Below, one piece after another: positions 1 to 13,070 of a stretch of DNA of 64,000 nucleotides. Position 1 is the stretch's first letter. Every line of letters starts with the position of its first letter. The notes under the pieces are model-generated. The model saw only the letters and a program-made list of their open reading frames with translations. It searched no databases and was not told where the DNA came from. The DNA lies in NCBI RefSeq assembly GCF_000143415.4, contig NW_003314263.1, positions 3,420,451-3,484,450 on the forward strand, in the 5' to 3' direction. A program made the translations under genes and the position numbers. Source of the DNA: Selaginella moellendorffii. Taxonomy: Eukaryota > Plantae > Lycopodiophyta.

Positions 1-193
1 CTATTTGGCTGGCATTGCTTCAACCTCCGAATCTACAACAGGGAGGTTTTTCTCCAACAAACAAGATGTTGGTTTTGATCACATCCCACTCTACTTGGAG
101 AAAGGTACTTCTTCAGTGCTTCTGGATGAGTTCAATGAATGTAGCAGAACAGCCATGCCTCCGTTGCATCCAGTGTTTCTCGAAATGTATTAA
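1..193 (+). pseudogene. 3' end of SDR (carbonyl reductase/menthone reductase-like) gene copy, truncated by window start, frameshifted
   Basis: Near-identical to 54011-54186. The AIWLALL frame and the STTGRFFSNKQDVGF frame differ; this copy has 17 nt (gcttcaacctccgaatc) absent from the other copy, so it is out of frame. Confidence 0.7.
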
Positions 194-259
194 TTTGACC
201 AAAGCATGCAAATAAAGTCAAACTAAAACTTCAACAAGCTTACCAAAAAAGAATGCAAT

Positions 260-328
260 TGTGGCTACTGGGATTCAAACCAGGTCTCCACAGCCACAAC
301 ATGGAATCTCACCACTAACTACAGCCAC
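260..328 (-). pseudogene. decayed tRNA-His(GUG) copy
   Basis: Aligns to the intact tRNA at 52715-52786 with single-nt deletions and C>T changes in the anticodon stem and T-loop/B-box. Confidence 0.85.
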
Positions 329-759
329 ATTACATTACCAAGGACTCCTTTGACCGTTCAGTTGATGAAGTCAATTCAAACGTGATATGCATGCTTGAAT
401 GGTTGAGCTTGGATCGATGGCCCTGGTGCAGCTCGAAACAACATGATAAGTAGGGCAAGGGCTCTATCATTTCCCTCAACAACAACCATAGAATGCCCTC
501 AACAACAACCAGAATCTTGTGCTTGTCGGGTTGCAAGGAGCTGGCATAGGATCGAGTGGGTAACTTAGCTCCATTTTTGTAGCACTTCTCGAATGTGAGA
601 TTGAGCTTATACTTTATTGGTGGATTTAAATCTTCTTATCTAAAGTGTATGGAAATGTGGGGATGCCTAGGAGATCCTTGCAACTTTTAGTCAAGGCCAC
701 CCAAACAAGGGTAAATTTAATTTTGTTGAAAATATCAGATCATGAACGAACTTGTTATT

Positions 760-1050
760 CTACTATCTATAGATTTTCTAAATAAGGATTTTATATTATT
801 GAATACTATACTTGATATTCAGTGTTTACAAGGTGCAACACAAAATTTACCTTCTCTTAACAAAGCTTATAAAACTCAAAAGCTTGAGTTGTGAATTTAA
901 AAGCTTTGTGATGGGTTTGAAATTTTTTACATTAGTTGCTAATAACTTGCCATTTTGGTATTTACATTTTTAATATTCATCTTGAGGAAATTTTTTTTTA
1001 TTTTGTGGGGACTGATTATGATGATCATTTATAGTTAGTTTCAGTCTTTA
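760..1050 (+). repeat. dispersed repeat, probably the 3' internal/PPT region of an LTR retroelement
   Basis: Reverse complement of ~55380-55640 (e.g. aagctttgtgatgggtttga vs tcaaacccatcacaaagct); contains a cttgagga...gtgggga end motif typical of gypsy 3' ends. Confidence 0.5.
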
Positions 1051-1190
1051 TTAAGATCCCACTACACTAATATTAATATATAATATCATAGTTGTACACT
1101 TAGACCTCACAAAAAATTTAGTTACTTATTTTTAAAATTATAACTCTAAATTTATAAGATCTGTAAAATGTCTAAGGTCTAAGTGTATGA

Positions 1191-1204
1191 TGTATGTATG
1201 TATG

Positions 1205-1260
<56 letters not shown>
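1191..1260. repeat. (TATG)n/(TA)n microsatellite
   Basis: Direct reading. Confidence 0.95.
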
Positions 1261-1264
<4 letters not shown>

Positions 1265-1945
1265 TATACTTGCTATATTATATATAGTATTTTTAATAAC
1301 ATTTCTATTTAGAAAGAGTCTCTTATTACAAAAGGTTCTCAATCATTCAAGTTTTAAGTAAATTTCTTTCTTTTTTATCTTTTTTCCTTTTTAATAACTG
1401 TTAAAAAAAATTTAATGCTCTTTTATTCTTTTTTTCTACAATATTTATTTCTAAATTTTGTCAATTTCTCCTCTTTTTCCAATACTTAAAACTGTTTTTT
1501 TTTTTCAGAAGAGGTAGTAGAGGGGATAGATGGTAGTTTAATCATGATAATGGAGTGAGGATAGATAACAATGGTATTGGAGTGAAGACGAAACATAGAT
1601 TATGTAATGAGGATGAATATAATAAGTCCAAATAAAATATATAACCTCAATGGAGTGAGGGTAAATGGATACAATAGTGGAATGTTGAACATATATGGTG
1701 AAGTGAGGATAAATATAATAACTCTAAATGGAAGTAGTGATTTATAACTTTTTTATCTCGAGAAGGGAATTAAAAGCTTTCTCCACAAATGTAAAACAAA
1801 ATGGATTCAATCCTTATTTGGATAAAATTTTAACACAGTGAGTGCTAAGTTATATGTTGATATCCCATATATAAAGCTCCTAGCTGTAGGATTTCAATAG
1901 CAAACTGTATCCCTTTTGATATCATTATGCTATAGAGTATTGTTG

Positions 1946-3400
1946 TGCAAGCGATTAGTTTTTCTATTCTACTTTAGTCACTTAACCATGTCTCCAACCA
2001 CTTAAAGAAGTTTCATTCATAACCTCCATAAATTATATTCCGAACTTGGGGACTTACTAGCCTCGAAAATGGCATCCATGCCACTTAGCCATTGGATTTG
2101 GTCCAAGTGTTTCACATGTCCAATCCCATAATTGACACCTAAAGATTCCACCAACATATCAGCCCATTACACTAAAGTTATGCCCATTCATCTTTGTCAC
2201 TTTGGTGGTCCAACACTACCTACATCATGGTCCTGTCTTTCAAAAATTAAGCCATCCATCCTTGAATGATCATTCTAGATCCACTATTTAGCATTCTTAA
2301 GATGTCTGCAGATATGGGGAATAACCTTCTCTAATATCCCTTTTTTGGTCTCTACCAAATCCTCTTTTGTCTATGGCCAAGTTCACCAACAGTGCCATTG
2401 GATCAAGGCCTATAGACTCGACCATGTAAACAATCAAAGGGAATGACTAAAGAGATGATCCATAAGGGTTTAAATATAAAGGGAAAGGGCTCATGAACAA
2501 AAATGCACCTTCTTTTCCAATCGGGTAAGAGTCTTGGGATACTTGGGGTTAAGAGTCTTTGGGTTTAAATAATACTGGGTTAGGTAACCTTTTGGGAAGT
2601 CTAAACTTAGGAACTTACATTTGATATTAGAAGGTCTCAAGTCCAACTCTATTGGTTGGCTTAGGGGAATTGCTAAATCCCATTATCCTCTAGGACTTTT
2701 TCCACATATTATTGTATCTTTGGTCACTACATAAAGAATCCTCATTGGCCTTTCCTGGCCAAACTATACTTTTGGAACCCCTTTTCCCCCTTCCCCCCAG
2801 CCCCCCTCTCCCCCCTGGGGGATGATTGCTTTGGGTTTTCATTCAGCAACCTATATTAGTATTCAGACTCATACTCGAACTTGAACTTGAAATCAAAACT
2901 TGAACTCGGATTCGGATTCAGACTCGGACTTGAACTCGGTCTCGGTCTTGGTTTCGATTCCATCTCAGACTCCATCTTGGGTCCATCTCGGACTCCATCT
3001 CAGGTCTATCTCGGATTCCATCTCGGGTCCATCTTCGGACTCCATCTCAAACTCCATCTCAGACTCCATCTCGGGTCCATCTCGGATTCCATCTCGGACT
3101 CCATCTCGGACTCCATCTTAGGTCCATCTCAAACTCCATTTCGGACTTCATCTCAAGTCCATCTCAACACTTCCACATGTCATATGTTGGTCCTCTTGTG
3201 TCCTTTTTTTAGAAACTCATTTATTGCTTGTTTCATGCTCATTCCTTGAGCACTTCGTTAAAAGTTCTACTCTTGCTCTCGACTTTTCAAGTTAGAACTT
3301 TTAGTCTAAATGTGTTACTCTCATTTAGTTTCTGCTTTGGCCACTATCACATGGCATCCTTTTGACTCTACTTTTGGGGCTCTAGGATTTGTATCTCACA
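1946..3400 (-). mobile_element. old solo LTR of family A (minisatellite-containing LTR)
   Basis: Diverged reverse complement of LTR 14323-16142; TG...CA ends; perfect 5-bp TSD TGTTG at 1941-1945 and 3401-3405. Confidence 0.9.
2425..2672 (+). mobile_element. Cassandra-like TRIM remnant (LTR 2425-2619 with 5S rRNA-like segment, degenerate PBS, ~50-bp internal region, PPT) inserted in the family A solo LTR
   Basis: Homologous to the reverse complement of 28992-29187; 5S-like ggttaagagtc...gggttaggtaaccttttgggaagtc; followed by tttgatattaga (PBS-Met-like) and ttaggggaat-tg (PPT plus LTR start); host LTR resumes at ~2673. Confidence 0.7.
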
Positions 3401-5486
3401 TGTTGCTCAAGATGTGTTTGGGCCTCAAATAAACAAATACCCCATGTGTATATTTTGAATATTATATGAAATTTTAGGAGGTAGTCAACTTGCAAGCTAT
3501 AATATAATGAGTTGCACCAAAAATAATGGCATATACATAGAAACCATAGTTTATAAGTTGACAATATGCTAAGGCAAAAAATTGAAGTGCCTCTATTGCA
3601 ATTTGGTTATGTTGTGAGTGAATGAGGCTCACAAATTTGGTATTAGCTAAATTAGTATCTTTTAGGTTGACAACTATATCAAAATTTGATAATCTCCTTA
3701 ACATTGTTAGTGTGAATGTGATGAAGTTCTTTGGGTAGCACCTTATAATATACACCTTTCTAATTTGCCACATATATTTATACAACGATGGCATTGAAAT
3801 TTTAAGATAGCATATGAGGTACACAATGGTCTTAGTCTCAAATTTAAGTGGATCGAGGTGCCAAATGCAGCTAAACTACTGAATCCCCTCAATTGCAAAA
3901 ATGACAAAAGGCCTGAAAATGTGTAAATGAATTGAATTTAAAAGGTTGGAAAATAACAGAATCTATAGGACAACAACATTATCACTATTGACACTTGAAC
4001 TACAATTTGAGTCTGGATGAAAGGCCATCCTCCTCCTCTTCCTCCACCTCTTCTAGTAAACTGGAAGGATAGGTTTTAATGATACAAATTTGAAATAAAT
4101 TTGTATATGGTAGGAACTTTGATGTGTATAGAGAGCAAATTAAAAGTGATTTAATGCCACTTCTTACACTACTAGCAAAAATGATTCAAACCAATCATGA
4201 GAAAATTATGTTACCTTCCACATCTAATGCCAACATACTGAATGACAGGGCATCTAACTTGATAGACTAGGGATCATCCACCTATTGTACTGGCATCAAG
4301 AACAATGCATGAGCTATCTATTACCATGGGATGAAGCTTCAATGCTCATTCAATAGAAAAACATCATATGAGTGTGAAATCTGTCTATATCTTTTCTATC
4401 CTTTTAGGAATTGCATGCCTTATCTGGCATTGAAAATGCTTGACCTCTGTATTTTCCAGGTAATTCTTTGTTTGCAGTCTCATGCTTCTTGTTGGGCACC
4501 ACAAGACTGCCAAAACAAAATATAAGATAGATAAAAAATGATGACATCTATATTTTCCAGGTTGTACTATAACTTATGGTTTTTAAAGTTATTTAAGTTT
4601 TTTGTCAGAAAGAGAAAGAATATGTAATGTGTAACAGCAGCAATGTTGAAGAATGGCTAAGATTGTCTCCAACTTGAGAATCCCTTTATTGATGGTGCCT
4701 TATGAAATTTCTAACAGACATATCAGCATAAACACTGCGTGAAATGTGTCCAGCTTCTTGAAATTGGGGTAAATCCTGAATCACTGTAGGCTTGATCCGT
4801 GCCTAAATGATACCATAGTATTCAGAGCTCCATCACGTGGCACGCACTCATTCATTGCAACTCAAACAGAAAAGCTGTCTAGTGTATATTGCACGACAAA
4901 TCCATGCTATATCACCTAGAACAAAAGGCATGCATAAAAGAGTCTAGGGGAGCTCTCCATCACAAACGATTGCTAAAGAATATTCTGTAATTTTTAGACG
5001 CTTGCTACTGCGAACCAGTGCCCACAGAAGTGCGCCAGAGATTTGTTGCAATGTGGCAGAAAAACATTGGAGATTAAACAAGTGGTAGAGAGAGACATTA
5101 GATCTAAGCTCAAAATGCTTCTCCTTCGCAAAGGAGGCACTGGGGCGCACAAGAGGGCTCACCACCTTCACCGCCCGCGAGACGACTCGAAGGCAGGCCA
5201 GGCAGTTCCCCACCAGCTCCGCAGTGCATCAGCCTGACATTCACCAAAGCCATGCAATTGAACCCTTCTTGATCTGCCTCCGTGGCACCTTCTTTCAAGC
5301 CTAGATCGCGAGGTTTGGGTCAGATTTCGACTGGAGATGGCGACTCCTCGTCAATGGCCGAATGAATGCGTCGGCATTGTTTAGAGGCTTTTAAATGTAG
5401 GCTCAATCTTATGCTTTTCACAAAAAGGTTCGAAACATAATTTTATCCATTCATAGAATGAGACCAATGACAGATAAGTACATTGT

Positions 5487-7610
5487 TTAAATTAATCCTT
5501 TGAAAATTACATATGCTATAATATATGCAGAGAGCCTCGCATAATCCCCTCTGAATATTTTGCCCATTTTAAACCATAAATTTCTGTGTTCCTGATCATA
5601 ATATATACCACCTGCTGCAAACGCCTTGACCATAGCATCGCGTATTTCATCAGCGCTGGCTCCCAGGGCCCTCTGTATTTTGGGAGACTCTATCAACTTC
5701 TCAAGAGCTAGACATCTCTTCCTAGTCCCATCTGATGCAACAAAAATCCCACTCTTGTTCCGAACTGTAGCACGATTTGGGTGACTATTTAGAGCCATGT
5801 GGCCTACAAAAAACAGCTTTAGTAAATACTTCCACCAAGCAACGATAATTCACTCACACTCTTCTGTCCACGTTTTGCAGTCAATGTCTAGAGCCAAGTG
5901 ATCCTCAAATATTACCTGCGCAAAACAACACAAAGAAAACAGAATTTTTTTTTGAGAAACACATTCCAACGGAAAAAACACTGTGTGCGTACGTGAACAA
6001 TGTAGACGATCATGGCACCGAACGGCACTTTGTTTCTCAGTTGTTTAGGGCCGCCGTCAAAGTAATGCTCTGGAACTCTGGACTGGAATTTGAAGATTAA
6101 AATCAGCCCTCTCCATGCCAGCTCCCTTATTTCTCCCAGCTCGGATTGCGAGCAAGGGACCCCATCCGGCTCCCACTGCGCGTTCCTGCATAGCTGCACG
6201 AAATGGCCGCTAAGATCCTTGCCGAAAACGGCAGCGGCGGCACGGTAGAGCTGGCGCTCGTCGCTGCTTCCCACTGGCACCGACTGTGCGTGCTCCACGA
6301 TCGACTTGCCCGTCGAGCACAGCGTCTGGAGCTCGGCATGGTCCCGCTGCCCCTTCTTCGTCAGTGTCCAAGTGTAGATCAGACGGCCAATTTGCAAGCT
6401 TGCATCCGTAAAGTCCATAACGTATGGAATCTCGCGAGGCCTGTGCTGGTAAACGAGCGACCTCCTATGCACCCAACGCTCCAGAGGTAAAAGAAGGCTT
6501 TTGTCCCACTCGAATTTGTGTGTCACTTCTGCGTCCACCTCCTGCCAAAATAAAATAATAATTAAAAAAAGAAAGAATAAGAAGCCTTAAGAGTCTCATC
6601 TGTGTTTTGCAAGTCGAGCTAAGGATTTCACCTCTAACACCTGACGGACGCCGGGGGTGAGGTCGATCGACTGCCACTCTACCATCGGGAGTTCCTTGAT
6701 GCAAACATTAAAGACCCTGTCGATGTTCTCCCTGGGTAGCAGATAGAAACCCTTAAACCTGTATGCGTGCACGGTGTCTAGGAAGAAGAGCAAGACGTTG
6801 CCCAGGTGCCCCCCGCCGCCAGCTTTGGCTTGAGCTAGGAAAGCGTCGAGCCATTCGAGCGGCTGCTTGTTTACCTGGACCTGGAGCTGCAACCACGCGA
6901 AGAAGAGCACACAGAGTTGCTCGCTCACATCAAACAGGCGCATGGCATCCAGAAGACATGTTCGCGTCGAGAAAGTACAGGGAACTCTAGACATGAGCGA
7001 CACAAGATCTGCACAGGTGACTGGTTAGAAAGTGAAAAGGAAAAAGGAGAAGCCATACGTGTAATTCCTTCCTCTGAAGACATCGCTTCAGTGGCTGGCG
7101 TCTGAATGTCTCTCGCCTTGAGCTGCGACCATAGAAAAAAGCTCTTTTACCGCTTTGCCACCAGAAATCTCGAGAACTCACCTCTTCAAGCTTGAGTACA
7201 GCGTAGTGGCAAGGGAGCACGAAGGACAGCAGTTTCCGGTCACCATAACGTTGCTGGTTGGAGCGACCTCGCTGGCGCATGAAATAGTCCACAGCGATGA
7301 AGAGGTGCAGGAAATTCTCCGGGATGGGAACCCGGAGGACGTGGGCGATTGCCATAGTCCAAATCTTCCACTTGAGCTCCGACACACTCGACCCATCTAC
7401 ATCGTAGAACCACGACGCCCCTGCTGAAGAATCCAGCTCCAGCCCAAAGCGCTCGAATGCCCCTGCCACCACTCTCAGCAATCGGGTACCTATGCTGCTC
7501 TGGAACCAATCGGACACGATCAGACCGACGCGCGGATCCCATCCCACCGCCGGAGTCATTTGCTCTGGCTGAGCCCATCCCACATCCATTAGCCCAATGG
7601 TACTCTTCAT
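5487..7610 (-). CDS. unknown spliced gene (several exons), probably partly disrupted; no recognisable domain
   Basis: Consecutive GC-rich minus-strand ORFs (7610-6987, 7003-6596, 6538-5912, 5798-5487), the downstream ones joined by short T-rich GT..AG introns (e.g. acceptors ttttattttggcag ~6542 and tttttgtag ~5805). Confidence 0.45.
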
Positions 7611-7619
7611 TCAAAGGTC

Positions 7620-7800
7620 TTTTTATTACTAGGAATATTAAGGGAATATTTTACTAGGAATATTATATTCTTTTCGGAAGGATCTTTTGAAAGATTCACC
7701 AGAACTAAGAATATTAAAAGAATATTTTACCAGGAGTATTGGGAAGGATCTTTTGAAAGATTCACTACAACAAGGCAGCTCTCTCTCTCTCTCCCCCCCC
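7620..7800. repeat. short local duplications (ttttactaggaatatta x2-3; gaaggatcttttgaaagattcac x2) and a CT tract between two divergent genes
   Basis: Direct reading. Confidence 0.6.
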
Positions 7801-8066
7801 CTCGTAGAGCATGGAGAAGGCAAGATTTGGTAGCCCATGCCTTGGGTGATGGAGGGCTCTTGACGTTTTCCAATATGTGCTCCGCCGCTAGCATTTGTCC
7901 TCCTTGCTCCTTGGCTGCTGTTGGGTGGTTTTGTCAGGAAGAAGATGCTGGCCTGGCCGAAGCGGGTGCTACAGCCTCACAGCACTTGCAGCTCTTGGTG
8001 GTCAGTGGGTATGAAATAAATCATTGGGTAGTTTTCTCATTCTCGCAGCAGCAGAAACAGAGCAAG

Positions 8067-9467
8067 ATGGCAGGCGGCTACTTCGCCCATCTCGGTTCCC
8101 TCATGGGCTTTATCATGATTCTCAAGCAGATAAGTTCCTTCTCGGTTGCTCAAGCTCAGGAGGCTGGTATCCTGGCTCTGGTGGGAGACAGCGTTCTCAA
8201 TTCCCGAATACGTCCGCAACAACAGCAACGAGATCTACGACCTGGTCGACCTCTACGTTGCACATCTCACCAAAACCAACACCAAGAGCTCGGCAAACAG
8301 GATCCAGTTCACACGAGTGAAGAACGCCAGCAAGCCGAATTGCAACCTCGCCAGGGGCGAGCGAGTGGAGGACAAGTTCAAAGGGGTGACATTCTCCTGG
8401 GTCTTCAATGTCAGCGAGCCGTCCAACCGTGGAGGCTTCCGCTATTTTGATCGAAGTGGAGGAACACGCCGAGAGTACGTTGTCCAAGTTCACAGGAGGC
8501 ACACGTATACACTCTTGCCGGAGTACATGAGGGAAGTTATCAAGCTCGGGGAGAGCTTGAAGCGACAGAACCAAGCAGCTCTACACCGACATGGCAAACT
8601 CACGCGAGTGGATCTACAGGGACAAGCCGTGGAGATCGGTGCCTTTCAAGCATGCCTCGACTTTCTCGAGCCTGGCGCTGGATCCCGAGCTCAAGAACAA
8701 GATCATCCAGGACCTGGACTCGTTCAAAGCTGGAAAGGATTTCTTTGAGCGGGTTGGCAGAGCTTGGAAGCGTGGGTATCTCTTGTACGGGCCTCCGGGG
8801 ACTGGGAAGTCGTCACTCATCGCTGCCATTGCGAACTACACGCAGTATGATGTCTACGATATGGAGCTGACGGAGGTGCAGAGCAATGCAGACTTGAGAA
8901 AGCTGCTCATGGGGATTTCCAACAAGGCGATCATCGTGATCGAGGACATCGACTGCTCGCTGGAGCTCAAGAAGAGGGGGAAGCCGGCACCGGAGGAAGA
9001 AACCGAGGAGAAAGATGGAGAGTCCGAGAAGAAAAACAAGAAAAAGGAGCAAGAGAGCAGCAGGGTCACACTTTCGGGGCTACTGAATTTCATCGATGGG
9101 CTGTGGTCTTGTAGCGGGAGTGAGAACTTCACGACCAACCACAAGGAGGATCTAGATTCTAGACCCTGCGTTGTTGAGGTCCGGCAGGATGGACCTCCAC
9201 ATTTTCATGGGCTACTGTGGATTTGAGGCGTTCAAGGTGCTGGCGTGGACTCACCTTGAAATCTCGCAACAGGAGCAGTTTGAGGAGGAGTTTGGAGAGA
9301 TCGAGGAGCTGATTGCCAAGGTTGAGATCACTCCTGCTGATATCGCGGAGGTGTTGATCCAGAACAGGGGGAACTCGAGAGGGGCTCTAGAGAAAGTGAT
9401 TGAGGCTCTCCAGGATCGAAAGGAGCACGGTGCAAAGAAAGAGGAAAATGAGAACAAGCAGGAATGA
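8067..9467 (+). pseudogene. plant BCS1-like AAA-ATPase (AATP1/ASD family), frameshifted
   Basis: Hydrophobic N-terminus, PEY...NEIYD AAA-associated domain, FKHASTFSSLALDP, WKRGYLLYGPPGTGKSS (Walker A), IIVIEDIDC (Walker B), VTLSGLLNFIDGLWS, GRMDLHI. Spread over four frames (at least 3 frameshifts), with a small deletion before FTTNH. Confidence 0.9.
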
Positions 9468-11169
9468 GATGTTGTGAAGTCCGTAAATAATAGTTATCAC
9501 ATAACATCCCATCGTTCAGAAAAAAAAGTTAGAAGTGTAAGGGTAACAAGGAGAAAATGTGAAAAATTGAGGAAAAACAATTATGAAATAAGAAAATGTG
9601 GATAAAGAAGCAATTGAGAATGCAAAAATAGATAAATTAAACGAATATATGCTTAAAATTTGGAAAATAGGGGATTTTCTATTATAAAATACTTTGGCCA
9701 CCACAATATAAACAAAAGATTCACACCACTCAACCTCTTTAACACACTCAACATTTAAAACAAGAAAATCAATAACAACATCTACACTCTCAAAGGAATA
9801 TATAAATTCTTTAGTAACAATAGTAAAGCAAATGCTTTCAGTGGCACTCACAAGTGGGGACATACATTTAATTCGAAACTCTAGCCAAAGTGACTCAACC
9901 TTTGGAATATGGGATTATTTAACAATAAAATTGATCAAAAACTCTGCAAATAAAACAAAAACAAAATTCTCAACTTCATGGACACACTTAACATCAAGAT
10001 TAGTATGAGAAGGATAGAAAATACTCAATTCAACACTAGACTGAGAAAGAGAATCATAAGAATCACAAATGATCGATGTGCTAAGAGAAGAAAACACTAC
10101 AGATAAGGAAGAAATATTAAGAATATAAAAAAGTGGCTCAAGCCGAGAAATAAGAAAAGGTGGGGAAAGAGTAGAAACGAAAGAGAAAGGATCAAATGAG
10201 AAATTGAAATATTGATACTTACCCCGCAAAATCTTCACTTCATCTTCAAAAATATCTTTATAATAATCAAGTTCATTATCACACTCTGGAATCCACTCAA
10301 GCTCATACACATTGTCTTCCCATAAACTTAATCATTGAACATTCTCTAAGAATTAGAATGTATTATCCATAGCTCGCCAATCAATATCATAATCACATTC
10401 CACATCAACAAGAGATGGTAGAACACCAAGAATTGGACAAGCCATGTCATCACGTCTCACGGAAGCTAGAGATGGCAATACACTAAAAATGGGTGCAACA
10501 CCAACATAATTACACTCTACAACATCAAAAGTTCGATCTAATGGAGTAGCATTAACGGCCTTAAGTGATATATTCCTTGATCGATGACAATATGGCATGG
10601 TAGAAGAAGAGAATGCAATGAAGATAAAAAAGAAAAAAAAAAAAGGAGCAAATCTAAGCACAACAATAGCTAAAATTTTAGATCTTGCAAAAAGCTAATA
10701 CAAATCTAGATCTAAAAAAGAATGAAGAAATAAGAACAAAAAAACATAATCCCGAACACTAGAGCAAAGCATTGCCAAAAAGTTTTGCCCTTCAGAGACA
10801 AATTGCAATGCCCCTCATCTCCACCAATGAGTGCTCGAAATATAGGAATAAGTATAGTAATTAGGGTTTACGCCTCTGTTTATCTACAAGAATGGATGGA
10901 CAAGAACATACATATATTTACAAACCTTACAAGGTAAATCACTAAAAACAATTATTGAATTATTGTTTGAAATCTTTGTTGAAATTTATTTCCATAAAGT
11001 ATATAAAAAGTAGATACATATATATAGAGTATACACTAGATAATGATATTAAATATGTTCTAAAAAAATAATTTACTACTTAAAATTTGTTAGATGAAAT
11101 AAAATATTGTTTAATCATAAAACTGGTATAAAAAGTGGAGCAAATTATTTTTATTTTACTTGCCTTAGC

Positions 11170-13070
11170 AAAGAAGATTTTCTTCAATCACCAAATCAAA
11201 TGTATATTATATATATACAATTCAGCTGTAATGTTCTCTATTATGAAATATTTTAATATGGGAAACTAAAAAATCAGGAAAAGGTATTGAATGTTTTCTT
11301 TATATACAAAAAGATAGGAATCTTGTAATTTATGATAGAAAATATATAGTTATATGGTCTAATAATTTATATTAGAAAGATAACATTTTCATGTTGTGTA
11401 GAAAATACAAGTTATATAGCTGTATTTAACACAAATGGACAAGCTTTTATATGGAGATCTAAACTAAAAATTAATAAACTTTACATCTAATTTATTTAAA
11501 ATTATAAGTTCTTAGCATCTATAAAAGATAATTACACTACTAAATGAAAATCTTGGGAAAGCTTTTTAAAAGTTAATTTAAATATGTTAATAAAGAGTTA
11601 ATATAATGAAGCAGTCAATTTTTGTGGATAATTTCCTATTAAATATTATTTTGCAATAAAAATGGAATAAAAATAACTTGACTATGAAAGCTTTGTTTTT
11701 ACTTGAAAAGACAAAGTGCACCCTATAAAATTGAATTATATACAAACTTTAACATGTATACTAAACTTTTAAAAGTAAAGTTAGATATTCTATCACAATT
11801 TAAACTCAATAATTTATCAAAGAGAAATTATCATTGATTCAAACGAAATGATAAACAGTCAAACACACTTTGTCTACCATAGAGAACACTGGTAAGAGTC
11901 TTAAAAAACACCCTCACCTCTTTTTTACCTTCTTTGGTATGAGAAACAAGACTCATTTATTTCAAAGTATATTACCATACTTGGAAAAAGTTGTGACAGT
12001 AATTGGTTTGTACAACTAAGTATAGCATTCTTTCATAAATAAACTCTGCCTCCCCACAAGTAGGTCAAATAGTCTTGTTCCTTTGTTGACCAGGTCAATT
12101 TAGCTGAATACTGCTTCATTGTATCAATTAACAATCAAGTGGGCATGCTTGCAAGGTTGCAAGGAGCTCTAATGGGCATTTGGGTTGAGTGGATCAACTA
12201 AGAAACTCAACCGCATTTCTTTCTTTCTATTTCGTAGCAATCCTCCAGAAATGTGGGAATTTGAAAGCTTAAACTAAGGCTGAAGAGTAGCAACAGATTT
12301 TGAGCTTGACATTTTAAATACATGATATGTGGATTTAACTAGGGTGTGGGAAGGTTTTTGATGAGCAATGTCATATTTGCAACTCTTAAGACCATTTTTT
12401 TTACTCTTACTTATCGGGTTTTTGTTAACTCCAACAGAGGCAAAATGTAATAACTTTACTGTTCCTATATCAAATCTTTGATAAGAAGATAGTTCAAGGC
12501 TTGTTCAAGACCTGGGACTCTTTTGGTAGCCTTTATTAAATAAGTTTAGCTTCATTTCACATAAAACTTTTATTTATTTAGATTCAAGAATGAATGGATT
12601 AGATTGAATCCAATCCATATTTAAGTTAATGTTTTACTCCCAGCAGGATTTGGCAAAAACATAATTGTATCATTTATTGAAGAGTTTATTAAACATATGG
12701 GTAAACAAAGACATATGTTTGAGGATTTCACACTCAACTGCATCACTAGAAACATATTCTAATTGGAACTAAACATCATGTAAAAATGATTTAGTAACAT
12801 ATAGTGTATATATCATATGTCTTGTTCTTTAAAACATCAATTAATTTCTAATACATTGTAAGAATGTTTATTTTATAAAAATTATATTAAAAGTAGACCA
12901 CATTACTCTTTTTTCTCTTTAGGAAATTTTCTTCAATTACCAAATTAATTATATACTTTACATATGAAATTTCACTGTAATTTAGATCTTTATTATGGGA
13001 AGATTTTAATATGTTAAATTAAAACATCACTTAGTATACAGATAGATAGTAATCTTGTAATTTATGATAA
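11170..13070. repeat. degenerate ~170-bp direct repeats (11170-11340 and 12920-13070) in AT-rich DNA
   Basis: Shared attttcttcaat.accaaat and aatcttgtaatttatgata blocks. Confidence 0.45.

Noticed and set aside
260-328. tRNA-derived SINE
   Set aside because: The tRNA copy is followed directly by a T-run with no SINE body, tail or TSD, and is part of a larger duplication.
9500-11000. Minus-strand hydrophobic ORFs
   Set aside because: Low-complexity A-rich DNA, probably a TE relic; no motif and no definable ends.
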